A stretch of 64,000 bases of DNA, from positions 504,692-568,691 of the forward strand of contig CAVUYR010000006.1 in NCBI GenBank assembly GCA_963745795.1, written 5' to 3'. The stretch's first letter is position 1; every line of letters begins with the position of its first letter. A program made the translations under genes and the position numbers. The DNA comes from an uncultured Actinomycetota bacterium. Lineage in GTDB: Bacteria > Actinomycetota > Actinomycetes > Propionibacteriales > Nocardioidaceae. Shown in pieces: positions 32,561 through 44,598 of this stretch. The notes beneath the pieces were generated by a model. It had not been told where the DNA came from and ran no database searches. It was given only the letters and a program-made list of their open reading frames with translations.

Positions 32561-33710
32561 TCAGCTCACCGGAGGCTCGTCGGCCGGCCGCACCTCGGGC
32601 TCCGCCGGAGGGGCAGCCGGCGGGGCGGCCGGGGGCGGGGTGCGCGCCGCGGGCCGGCCCCCTGCCGACGCGGCGGACTCCTGGGCGGCGCGGATCGCCT
32701 TCTGCACCTCTTCGTGTGCCTTGGACAGGGTCGAGTCGGGCTCCGTGGGCGGCTCGATGGTCGGCGCGTCCACGCGCTTGAGCGGGCCGTCGGTCTTCAC
32801 CGGGATGCCCGCGATCTCATGGATCGAGGAGCCGAGGCCCTCGAGCGCCTTGGTGAACTCCGAGGGCAGGATCCAGACCTTGTTGGCGTCACCCTCCGCG
32901 ATCTTCGGCATCATCTGGAGGTACTGGTAGGCGAGCAGGGACTGGTCGGGCTGACCGTCGTGGATCGCCTGGAAGACGGTCTGGATCGCCTGCCCCTCAC
33001 CCTGGGCCTTGAGGATCGCGGCCTCGCGGTTGGCCTGGGCGCGCAGGATCAGCGCCTCACGGTCACCCTCGGCGGAGAGGATCGCGGCCTGCTTGTTGCC
33101 TTCCGCGGTCAGGATCGAGGACTGCCGCTGGCCCTCGGCGGTCAGGATCACCGCACGCTTGTCACGGTCGGCGCGCATCTGCTTCTCCATCGAGTCCTTG
33201 ATCGAGGGCGGCGGGTCGATGCCCTTGATCTCGACCCGGCCGACGCGGATGCCCCAGCGACCGGTGGCCTCGTCGAGGACGCCGGAGAGCCCCCGGTTGA
33301 TGTCCTCGCGCGAGGTCAGCGTCTGCTCGAGGTCATGCCGCCGACGATGTTGCGGAGCGTGGTCATGGTGAGCTGCTCGACGGCGGAGATGTAGTTGGCG
33401 ATCTCGTACGTCGCCGAGACCGGGTTGGTGACCTGGAAGTAGATGACGGTGTCGATCGAGACCACCAGGTTGTCCTCGGTGATCACCGGCTGCGGCGGGA
33501 AAGAGACGACCTGCTCGCGCATGTCGATGACGTAGCGGACCTTGTCGACGAACGGCGTCACGATGTTCAGCCCCGGCGGGAGCGTGTCCGGTACTTGCCG
33601 AACCGCTCGACGATGCCGGCGCGCGCCTGCGGGATGATCCGCACCGTCTTGGCCAGCAGGATGACCACGAAGATCACGAAGACCGCGAGGATGATCAAGC
33701 CGGTGGTCAT
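32561..33710 (-). CDS. SPFH/band-7 (stomatin-like) protein, frameshifted
   Basis: IDMREQVVSFPPQPVITEDN, MEKQMRADRDKRAVILTAEG, LAYQYLQMMP. Confidence 0.9.
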
Positions 33711-33746
33711 GGTGTCCCCCTCTTCCTTGTTGTGCCGTGCACTGTC

Positions 33747-34194
33747 TCAGGCGCGGCGGACATACGCCGTCGCGCCCCTGATCTCGACCACCTCGACGCG
33801 TTCACCGGGCTCGATCTCGTCGAACTCGTCGTACGGGCGCGGCGGTCCACTCGTCGCCGCCGATCTTGACCCGCCCCGGCTGGCCGGGCGCGAGGATCGT
33901 CAGCACCTGGACCGGATGACCGATCAGTGCCGCCGCCCCGGTCTGCAGGTCGGGGCCGGCGTGGAGCGTCTTGACCAGGCCGGGTCGCAGGAACGCCAGC
34001 AGCCCGACCGTCGCGCCCATCGCGGCCACCAGCTGGAGCGCGTCGGGCAGACCGAGCAGGGCCGCGAGCATCCCGACGAGACAGCCGACCGCCAGCATGA
34101 CCAGGATCAGGTCGAGGCTGACCAGCTCGACCACGGCGAGACCGACCGCGGCGATCAGCCAGGTCGCCCACAGGTGGTCGCTGATCCAGTCCAT
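33747..34194 (-). CDS. NfeD-family protein, frameshifted
   Basis: WLIAAVGLAVVELVSLDL, GRVKIGGDEWTA, upstream of SPFH gene. Confidence 0.85.
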
Positions 34195-34232
34195 GCCGCG
34201 AGACTACCCGGCAGCCGGTCGCGGGAACCGGC

Positions 34233-35037
<805 letters not shown>

Positions 35038-35146
35038 CGGGCACCTCGGTGGTCGATACGGGCGGCGGACATTTCGGGGCGACGCGGGGGCGGGGCCCAA
35101 CCTACCCAACCCGGGGCCGCGTCCGTCGGACCGCTACATTGCCCCC

Positions 35147-35900
35147 GTGTCCGCCCCGTTGCTCCCGGTTTCGGCGATCCTGTCGACCTGGCTGGGCGGC
35201 GTCCTCGCGGGTCGTGCACAGCTCGACGGACCTGCTGACGTCGCTGCGATGCGCCGGCCCGCGAGCACGTGGTCGTCGGCCTGGACGAGGATCCGGTCCC
35301 GCTCGTGCTCGCGGTCGGCATGCCTGCGCCGCAGAGGCGGCTCCGGGTGCTCGCTGGCGCTGCCCGCTCCCGGCGACCCGCTCGGCCTCGCCGGTCCACC
35401 GGCGTTCAACGCCCGCGGCGCTCGAGGCCGGTCAGGCCGTGGTGGTCACGGCGCCGGCCTCGGGCTGGTGCCGGAGCCGACGCCCGCACGGGATCGTGTT
35501 GGCGGGCCGACGAAGCGCCGGCGCCGCCGCCGCCCGACCTCGCACCGAGGCCGGCTCGGACCTGCGCACGCCAGCTGGCGGAGACCACGCAACGGCTCGT
35601 CGACCTCGACGTCGCCCGCTGGCAGCCCGAGATCGCCGACCTGCTGATGAACCTCCGCCACCGAGCGGCTCGGCTGCCGCTCCCGCCCGGCGTGGACCGA
35701 CGCGCGGCGGGTCGAGACCGTCGACCGGGCCATGCTGTGCCTCGAGATCGTCGCGCTGGCCCGTGCCAGGACGAGGGCGGCGCGGTGACGGCGTACGAGA
35801 TGCGAGCAGCGCGCCGGCAGGCCCTCGGCGACGCTCGACCGGGCGGCCCGGCGCGCCCTGGTCGGCGCCTGCTCGGTGCCGCGACGTGGCCGGTGCGCCC
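35147..35900 (+). CDS. Conserved hypothetical protein upstream of serB, frameshifted
   Basis: LALPAPGDPLGLAGPPAFN..ALEAGQAVV, LVDLDVARWQPE, EGGAVTAYEM; end approximate. Confidence 0.6.
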
Positions 35901-35918
35901 GTGCGCACGGATAACCTC

Positions 35919-37159
35919 GTGCGCGCGCTGGACGAGCCGACCGCGAGCAGCCCGCGGACCCTGCTGATCACGCTGACCGGCAAGGACCGGCCCGGGCGTG
36001 ACCTCGATGGTCTTCGACACGCTGGCGCCGTTCGGCGTCGAGGTCCTCGACATCGAGCAGATCGTGCTGCGGCGCCGGCTGATCCTCGGGCGTGCTGGTG
36101 AGCGCGCCGCGCGACTGGAAGGCGTCTGCGCGACGCGCTCGAGCAGGTCGCCGCCGACCTGGGCATGACGGTCGAGGTCGACCGGGGCACCGGCGACAAC
36201 CGACGCCGGCCCGAGGGCCGCAGCCACGTGACCGTGCTCGGCACGCCGCTGAGGTCGCCGGCGGTCGCCGCGATCGCCGGCCGGATCGCCGACACCGGCG
36301 CCAACATCGACCGGATCGAGCGGATGGCGCGCTACCCGGTCACCGCGATCGACCTGCACGTCTCCGGCGCCGACCCCGACAGGCTGCGCGACATCCTCGC
36401 CCGGGAGGCCGCCGGCAGGGCGTCGACATCGCCGTGCAGCCGGCGAACCTGCTGCGGCGCGGCATGCGGCTGATCGTGATGGACGTCGACTCGACGCTGA
36501 TCCAGGGCGAGGTGATCGAGATGCTGGCGGCGCACGCCGGCTGCGAGGCCGAGGTCGCGCGCGGTCACCGAGGCGGCGATGCGCGGCGAGCTCGACTTCG
36601 ACGCAGAGCCTGCGCGCAGCGGGTCGCCCTGCTCGCCGGGCTCGACGCCGGCGCCCTGGACCAGGTGTACGACGAGCTGGTGCTCGCGCCCGGCGCCCGC
36701 ACGCTGGTCCGCACGCTGAAGCGGCTCGGCTACCGGTTCGCGATCGTCTCCGGCGGCTTCACCCAGATCACCGACCGGATCGCCGCCGACCTCGGCATCG
36801 ACTTCTCGGCCGCCAACGAGCTCGAGATCGTCGACGGCACGCTCACCGGGCGGCGTCGTCGGCGACGTCGTCGACCGGGCCGGCAAGGCCGCAGGCACTG
36901 CGCCGGTTCGCCGCCGCAGGCCGGGATCTCCGAGCAGCGCCACGATCGCGATCGGCGACGGCGCCAACGACCTCGACATGCTCACCGCCGCCGGCCTCGG
37001 CATCGCGTTCAACGCCAAGCCGGTGGTGCAGGAGGCCGCCCACACGTCGGTCAACGTGCCCTACCTCGACGCGATCCTGTACCTGCTCGGCATCAGCCGC
37101 GAGGAGGTCGAGGCCGCCGACGCCGAGGACGGCATCACCACGCCCTCTCCCCCGTCTGA
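35919..37159 (+). CDS. serB: Phosphoserine phosphatase with ACT domains, frameshifted
   Basis: LLITLTGKDRPG, VMDVDSTLIQGEVI, VSGGF, IGDGANDLDML. Confidence 0.9.
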
Positions 37160-37168
37160 CCCTTCCCG

Positions 37169-37257
37169 CGAGAGGTCAGTTCTGGTTGCCAGAAAGTCGT
37201 CGAGAGGTCAGTCGCGGACATCTCGGTGCGTTCCCGGCAACCACAACTGACTTCTCG
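37169..37257. repeat. REP-like inverted repeat between convergent genes
   Basis: CGAGAGGTCAGTTCTGGTTGCC / GGCAACCACAACTGACTTCTCG (20 of 22 paired), plus internal CGAGAGGTCAGT copy at 37201. Confidence 0.65.
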
Positions 37258-37260
37258 GCG

Positions 37261-37803
37261 TCAGCCCTGGCCGACGTGGAAGTCGGTCACGCTGGCGGAA
37301 CCCTCGGCGAGGTCGGCCCAGGCGACGGGGACCTCGAGCACCGCGAGCGCCGCCGGGCGGGAAGCCCTCGGTCATGGCGCGGAAGGCGTCGGGGTCGGGG
37401 TCGCCGTCGTCGAGCAGGTGCGCGAGGTACGCCGCGGTCGGGTTGTGCCCGACGAACACCAGCACCGTCGCCTCCGGGGTGGCGGTGCGGCAGCACGTCG
37501 AGGGCGCGTGTCCGGGCCGGCGGCGAAGACCGCGTCGTCGTACGTCGGCCCGACCGCGGAGCCCGCGGCACTCGCGGCCGACGACTCCCACGTCTCCTGC
37601 GGTGCGCGCCGCGGACGACACGATCGCGTGCGTCGGCACGAGTCCCCTGCGCGGCCAGCCAGGCGCCCGCCTCGGCGGCGTCGCGGTGCGCCGCGCTCGG
37701 TCAGCCGGCGCTGGTGGTCCTCGGCGCCGAAGGGCTCCGCCTTGGCGTGCCGCATGACGACGAGCATCCGGCTTCGGGTGGCCACGGGCGTCAACTCTGG
37801 CAT
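37261..37803 (-). CDS. sixA: SixA-like phosphohistidine phosphatase, frameshifted
   Basis: LVVMRHAKAE..DHQRRLTERG, VSSAART, VFVGHNP. Confidence 0.82.
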
Positions 37804-37850
37804 CCCGATAGGCTGCGCCTGTCATGCCGACCGCCGGAGACTGTCCTGTC

Positions 37851-38862
37851 ATGCCATCGGTCCCGGCGACGACGGTCCCGGGCCGCTGTTCGTCATCGGC
37901 GGAGCCGAGGACAAGCTCGGCGGCGCACCGTCCTGACGCCGAGTTCGTGCGGCGCGCCGGTGGCCCCGACGCCCGGATCGCGGTGATCCCGACGGCGTCG
38001 CTCGCTCGGTCCCGAGATCGTCGAGGTGTACGACGCCGCTCTTCCGCAAGCTCGGCGCCGCCGAGGTGTTCGGCGTCCGGCCCGAGGACCGCGAGCAGGC
38101 CGACGACCCCGCACGTGCGTCGAGCCAGCTCGACGAGGCGACCGGCATCTTCATGACCGGCGGCAACCAGCTCAAGCTGTCCGGCGGTCGATCGCCGGCA
38201 CGCCGTTCGGCGACGCCATCGTCGCCGCCCACGCGCCGCGGCGTCACCGTCGGCGGCACGTCGGCCGGGGCGCAGCATCCAGTCCTCGCACATGGTCGCC
38301 TTCGGCTCCGGGCGGCTACGACGCCGAAGCAGCGGATGACCCAGGTCGCCGCCGGCCTCGGCCTGCTCCGCGAGCTGCGTGATCGACCAGCACTTCGCGC
38401 AGCGCAACCGCTACGGCCGGCTGCTGATGATCGTCGTCCCAGAGCCCGCAGCTGCTCGGCATCGGCGTCGACGAGGACACCGCCGCCGTGATCACCCGGA
38501 CACGAGGCCGCCGAGGTGCTGCGAGGTGGTCGGCCGCGGCGCGGTCACGATCTTCGACGGCGCGCACATGGTCACCAACGCCCACGAGGCCAAGCGCAAC
38601 GTCGCCGATCCTCGCCTCCGGCGTCGCTGCTGCACGTGCTGCCCGCCGGCGCGCGAGTTCGACCTGACCACCCGCACGCTGGTCCCCGACGAGGCCCGCG
38701 TCATCGAGGACGAGGTCGACGAGCTGGGTCCGGTAGCCGAGCTGGCCGCGGCCAGCCGTGACCTGCGCAAGATGGCTCGCGACATCGCCGCCGGCGACGT
38801 CTCGCCCCACCGTCGCTGCGCCGCCGCACGGGCGCCGCCGTACGCAGAGGAGCCGCCCATGA
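37851..38862 (+). CDS. cphB: Cyanophycinase (peptidase S51), frameshifted; start may be 37824
   Basis: LFVIGGAEDK, IAVIPTAS, GIFMTGGNQ, GGTSAGA, IDQHFAQRNRYGRL, GIGVDEDTA. Confidence 0.9.
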
Positions 38863-41674
38863 GTCGAGTCGCCCGCCCCCGACCTGCGATCGTCGAGACC
38901 CGCGTCTACCGCGGCGCCAACGTCTGGTCCTACGACCAGGCGATCCACCTCGTCGTCGACCTCGGCGTGCCTCGAGGAGTTCCCGACCAACACCCTGCCC
39001 GGGTTCACCGACGCACCTGCTCGAGGCTGCTGCCCGGCCTGCGCGAGCACTCCTGCTCCCGCGGTCGTCGCGGCGGCTTCGTCGAGCGGCTCAACGAGGG
39101 CACCTGGCTCGGCCACGTCGCCGAGCACGTCGCGCTCGCGCTCCAGCAGGTCGTCGGCCACGACATCCGGCGCGGCAAGACCCGCCAGGTCAAGGGCGAG
39201 CAGGGCCGCTACAACATCATCTACGGGTACGTCGACGAGCAGGTCGGCCTCGCGGCCGGGCGGCTCGCCGTACGCCTGGTCAACCACCTCGTCGAGGCCG
39301 ACCCCGACTTCGACTTCGAGCAGGAGCTCGAGACGTTCATCCTGCGCGCCGAGCGCACCGCGTTCGGCCCGTCGACGCAGGCGATCATCGACGAGGCGGT
39401 CTCGCGCGACATCCCGTGGATCCGGCTCAACCAGTACTCGCTCGTGCAGCTCGGCCAGGGCGTCCACGCGAAGCGGATCCGCGCCACGATGACCTCGGAG
39501 ACCAGCGCGATCGCGGTCGACATCGCCTCCGACAAGGACCTCACCACCCGGCTGCTCGGCGCCGCCGGGCTGCCGGTGCCCAAGCAGGAGTCGTGCGCAC
39601 GGCGGACCAGGCGGTCGCGGTCGGCCAAGCGGATCGGCTTCCCGGTCGTCGTGAAGCCGCTCGACGGCAACCACGGCCGCGGCGTCTGCCTCGACCTGCA
39701 GAACGAGGACGACGTGCGCGAGGCGTTCCCGATCGCCAAGGAGCAGTCGCGGCGCGGCTGGGTGATCGTCGAGTCGTTCATCACCGGCAAGGACTACCGC
39801 TGCCTGATCATCGACGGCCGGATCGCCGCGATCGCCGAGCGGGTGCCCGCGCACGTGATCGGCGACGGCACCAGCACCGTCGAGCAGCTCGTCGACACTG
39901 ACCAACGCCGACCCGCGTCGCGGCGTCGGCCACGAGAAGGTGCTGACCCGGATCAAGGTCGACGCCGCCGCCGATGGAGCTGCTCGCGCGACCAGGGCTA
40001 CGCGCTGAGCGACGTGCCGCCGGAGGGCGAGATGGTCAAGCTCGCCCTCACCGGCAACATGTCGACCGGCGGCATCTCGATCGACCGCACCTTCGAGGCG
40101 CACCCGGAGAACGTCGAGATCGCCGAGGAGGCCGCCCGGATGGTCGGCCTCGACATCGCCGGCATCGACTTCATCTGCCCCGACATCACCGCAGCCGGTG
40201 CGCGAGACCGGCGGCGCGATCTGCGAGGTCAACGCCGCGCCCGGCTTCCGGATGCACACGCACCCGACGATCGGCGAGCCGCAGTTCATCGCCAAGCCGG
40301 TCGTCGACATGCTCTTCCCGCCCGGCGCGCCCAGCCGGATCCCGATCGTGGCCGTCACCGGCACCAACGGCAAGACGACCACCAGCCGGATGATCAGCCA
40401 CATCTTCAAGGGCATGGGCCGCAAGGTCGGCATGACCTCCACCGACGGCGTCGTCATCGACGAGCGGCTGCTGATCCGGGCCGACGCGTCCGGCCCGCGC
40501 AGCGCCCGGATGGTGCTGCAGAACCCGCGCGTCGACTTCGCGGTCTTCGAGGTCGCCCGCGGCGGCATCCTGCGCGAGGGCCTCGGCTACGAGCGCAACG
40601 ACGTCGCCGTCGTGCTCAACGTGCAGCCCGACCACCTCGGCCTGCGCGGCATCGACACCGTCGAGCAGCTCGCCGACGTCAAGGCGGTGCTGGTCGAGGC
40701 GGTCCCCCGCGACGGCCACGCCGTGCTCAACGCCGACGACCCGCTGGTGCGCGAGATGCGGCGCCGCTGCTCGGGCCAGGTGGTCTGGTTCTCGATGGCG
40801 CGAGCCCGGGCTCCGAGGACGCGCGACATGATCGACGCGCACTGCCGCCGCGGCGGCAAGGCGCTGGTGCTCGAGCCGACCGAGCGCGGCGAGATGATCG
40901 TCGTACGCCACGGCGCGCCGCGACATGCAGCTCGCCTGGACCCACCTGCTGCCGGCGACCTTCGGCGGCCGGGCCCGGATGAACGTGCAGAACTCGCTGG
41001 CCGCCGCCGCCGCGGCGTTCGCCGCCGGTGCTCCGCTGCACGACATCCGGCAGGGACTGCGCACCTTCTCGACCAACTACTACCTCTCCCCCGGCCGCCT
41101 CAACGAGATCGAGGTCAACGGGGTCAACGTGATCGTCGACTACTGCCACAACGCGCCCGGCATGCGCATGCTCGGCGACTTCGTCGACCGCGTCGGCGAG
41201 AGCCTCGACTCGCGGCAGCGAGCTCGGCAAGCCGTCGCGGATCGGCGTCATCGCCACCGCCGGCGACCGCCGCGACGAGGACATGCGCGAGCTCGGCGAC
41301 GATCGCCGCCCAGCACTTCGACGTCGTGATCGTGCGCGAGGACGTCGCGCTGCGCGGCCGCGAGCGCGGCGAGACCGCGGCGCTGGTCGCCGAGGGCGTA
41401 CGCCGGGCCATGGACGAGGGCGCCCGCTGCAAGCAGGTCGAGGTCGATCCTCGACGAGATCGAGGCCGTCCGGCACGCGATGACCCGCGCCAACCGCGGC
41501 GACCTGGTCGTGGTCTGCGTCGACAAGCACCCCGCGGTGATGAGCCGAGCTGGAGAACTGGTCGAACCAGGCCCAGGCCGGTGCCACGTCGCCGTCGCCG
41601 ACGCCCCGGTCGCCGACCCCGACTACGCGCCGGTGCACTCACCGGAGCCGGCCGCGGAGTCCGTCTCCGGGTGA
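38859..41674 (+). CDS. cphA: Cyanophycin synthetase CphA1 (N + ATP-grasp + Mur domains), frameshifted
   Basis: YRGANVW, EHSCS...EGTWLGHVAEH, FGPSTQAI, LVQLGQG, VVKPLDGNHGRGV, NMSTGG, CEVNAAPGFRMH, VTGTNGKTTT, EVARGGILREGLG, PGRLN, DYCHN. Confidence 0.93.
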
Positions 41675-42987
41675 CCGACCTCGCGGCACTGCTCGCGGAG
41701 GCGGCCCACGCGGCGGGGGTCCCCGGAGCGGTGCTGGGCGTCTGGGCCGACGGCCGCGAGACCGTGCACGCGTCCGGGGTGCTCAGCACGCGCACCGGGG
41801 TCGAGGTGACGCCCGACAGCGTGTTCCAGATCGGCTCGATCACCAAGACCTGGACCGCGACGATGGTCGCCCAGCTCGTCGAAGAGGGCCGGCTCTCGTA
41901 CGACGCGACGGTGGCCGACGTGCTTCCCGGCGTACGGCTGGGCGTCGAGGACCGTTCCGACCGGGTGACCGTGCGCCACCTGCTCACCCACACCAGCGGC
42001 ATCGACGGCGACATCTTCGTCGACACCGGGCGTGGCGACGACTGCGTCGAGCGGTATGTCGCCCTGCTGGCCGACGCCGCGCAGATCACCGAGCCGGGAG
42101 AGTTGTACTGCTACTGCAACAGCGGCTTCGTGCTGCTCGGCCGGATGATCGAGGTGCTCGACGGGTGCGTCTGGGACGACGCGCTCCGCGCCCGGCTGGT
42201 CGAGCCGCTCGGGCTGGACGACGTGTGCCTGCTCCCGGAGGACGCGATCCTGCGACGGGCCGCGGTGGGTCACCACGAGCACCCGCACACCGACCGCCCG
42301 TTCGACCAGTGGATGCTGCCGCGCAGCCTCGGTCCGGCCGGGCTGATCACGACGACGGCACACGACCTGCTCGGCTACGCCCGGATGCACCTCGACCCCG
42401 GGCCGCCGTCGTTGGCGGAGATGCGCGAGCCGCAGGGCGTCGTACCCAACCCGAAGGCGTTCGACCACATCGGTCTCGGCTGGCGCCTCGGCGACTGGGA
42501 CGGCGTCCAGGTGCTCGCCCATGACGGCGCCACGCTCGGGCAGTCCGCGATGCTGCGCGTGGTGCCGGAGCGTGGCTTCGCCTGCTGCCTGCTCACCAAC
42601 TCCGCGGAGGGCGAGTCGCTGGAGGAGCGGGTGCTGCCCGAGGTGTTCGCGTCGTTCGCCGACCTGGTCGTGCCCGCGGGACCACGCCCCGATCTCGACG
42701 CGCGCCCCGGCGACCTCGACCGCTTCGCCGGTCGCTACCACCGTCGTGCGGTCGACTTCGAGGTGACGGCGGGCGACGGCGGGCTCACGATCGAGGTGCT
42801 CCCGGCCGCCGATATGCCGTGGACGGGCGAGGCGGAGACGTTGCGGATGCTGCCGGCCGACGCCGGCGGCCGGAGGTTCGTCGGCCGGGCGGCGGAGGAC
42901 CTGCCGTGGTGGCCCGTGGAGTTCGGCGAGCTGGACGGCGGGCGGGCGTACCTGTGCTCGGGTGGCCGGATCGCGTTGCGTGGCTGA
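41671..42987 (+). CDS. Beta-lactamase-family serine hydrolase
   Basis: GTG overlaps cphA stop (GTGA); FQIGSITK (SxxK), LLTHTSG, YCN, HDG. Confidence 0.88.
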   Translation: MTDLAALLAEAAHAAGVPGAVLGVWADGRETVHASGVLSTRTGVEVTPDSVFQIGSITKTWTATMVAQLVEEGRLSYDATVADVLPGVRLGVEDRSDRVTVRHLLTHTSGIDGDIFVDTGRGDDCVERYVALLADAAQITEPGELYCYCNSGFVLLGRMIEVLDGCVWDDALRARLVEPLGLDDVCLLPEDAILRRAAVGHHEHPHTDRPFDQWMLPRSLGPAGLITTTAHDLLGYARMHLDPGPPSLAEMREPQGVVPNPKAFDHIGLGWRLGDWDGVQVLAHDGATLGQSAMLRVVPERGFACCLLTNSAEGESLEERVLPEVFASFADLVVPAGPRPDLDARPGDLDRFAGRYHRRAVDFEVTAGDGGLTIEVLPAADMPWTGEAETLRMLPADAGGRRFVGRAAEDLPWWPVEFGELDGGRAYLCSGGRIALRG

Positions 42988-43022
42988 GTGTGGTGGGTGG
43001 GTTCCGGCCGGGCCGGGCCAAA

Positions 43023-43102
43023 TACCACGGTCCCGTGGTATCCATCCTCTTCCCTCGCGAGATTTCGCTAGGGAAGGGGCCGGTTACCACGGGACCGTGG
43101 TA
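43023..43102. repeat. REP doublet (inverted pair of self-palindromic 18-mers)
   Basis: TACCACGGTCCCGTGGTA (43023-43040) and its exact reverse complement (43085-43102). Confidence 0.75.
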
Positions 43103-43103
43103 A

Positions 43104-44598
43104 TCAGCCCACCCTCTGCCCCACCCCCTGGCTCGGGTGCAGCTGCCCACACTCGGTGTGCGGAGGCTCGTCGCCGGCGAGCCGGTCGGTGCACGCGTCG
43201 GCCACCTCCGGCGGCAGCTCGCGCAGCCCGAACCACGACACGATCCCGCCGAGCGCCAGCAGCACCGCGCAGACGACCATGCCCTCGCGGTAGCCGGCGG
43301 TGAGCACGTCCGGCTGGCGGTAGTCGGTGCCGCTCAGCCCGACCGCGGCCGGCAGCGCGGCGACCAGCAGCAGCGAGCCGGCCCGCGCGACGGCGTTGTT
43401 GATCCCGCTCGCGGCGCCCGCGTACTCGTCGGGTGCCGCGGCCAGCACGGCCGCGGTCAGGGGCGACACCAGGCCGGCGAGGCCGAGGGCGAAGAGCACC
43501 ATGCCCGGGCAGCACGCCCGTCCAGTACGACGTGCCTTCGCCGACGCCCACCAGCAGCAGCACCCCGGCGGCGCAGAACAGCGGACCGATCGTCATCGGC
43601 AGCCGGGGACCGGTGCGGGCGGCCAGCTCCGCGAACCGCGACGACAGCAGCAGCATGGCCACCGTGACCGGCAGCCCGGCCAGCCCCGCCTGGAACGGGC
43701 TGAACCCGACTGCTCACCTGGAGCTGGAGCACGAGCAGGAAGAACACCGAGCCGAGCGCGCCGTACACGAGCAACGTCATCAGGTTGGCCGCGGTGAAGA
43801 TCCGCGACGCGAACAGCTCGGTCGGCACCATCGCGCCCGGGTGCCGCTCGACGAGGACGAATCCCACCATCCCGGCCACGCCCACGGCTGCGGCCAGCCA
43901 GAAGACGGTCGGGTCGTTGGACCTGCCGACGGTGAGCGCGTAGGTGATCGCACCGAGCGCCACGACACACAGGAGCGCGCCGCGCACGTCGAAGGGGCGC
44001 GGGGCTCCCTCGGCCCGGGACTCCGGCACCCAGCGGCAGAGCACCAGCACCGCCAGGCACAGGGGCAGGTTGATCAGGAAGATCAGCCGCCAGCTGCCGT
44101 GGTCGAGCAGGAAGCCGCCGACGAACGGCCCGAGCGCGGTGGTCACCCCGGCGACACCGGCCCAGGAGCCGATCGCACCGGCGCGGTCCTCGCGCCGGAA
44201 GCTGCTCTCGATGATCGCGAGGCTGCCCGGCGTCAGCAGTGCGGCCGCGACGCCCTGGAGCACGCGGGCCGCGATCAGCTGGGGCGGTGTCTGGGCGACC
44301 GCGCAGAGCATGCTGCAGACCGCGAACCCGACGACGCCGACGAGGTAGACGCGGCGCCGCCCGAGCCGGTCGCCGAGAGCGCCCCCGACGAGGATCAGCG
44401 ACGCCAGCGCGAGCAGGTAGCCGTTGGTGACCCACTGCAGCTGGGCCAGCGAGGCGTCGAGGTCCTCGCCGATCGACTCAGCGCGATGTTGACGATCGAG
44501 CCGTCGAGGATGGCGATCCCGGATCCGAGCGTGACCGCGAGCAACGTGAGCCGGCCGCGGACCTCGGTTCGGCTCAGCGGAGCGGCGGTCTCAGCCAC
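43104..44598 (-). CDS. MFS transporter (DHA2-type), frameshifted
   Basis: LGSGIAILDGSIVNIAL, GALGDRLGRRR, ARVLQGVAAALLTPGSLAII, WRLIFLINLP; start overlaps the stop of the CphA-like gene. Confidence 0.88.

Noticed and set aside
40198-42987. 929-aa CphA-beta-lactamase fusion ORF
   Set aside because: Produced by indels in cphA; the hydrolase has its own GTG overlapping the real cphA stop
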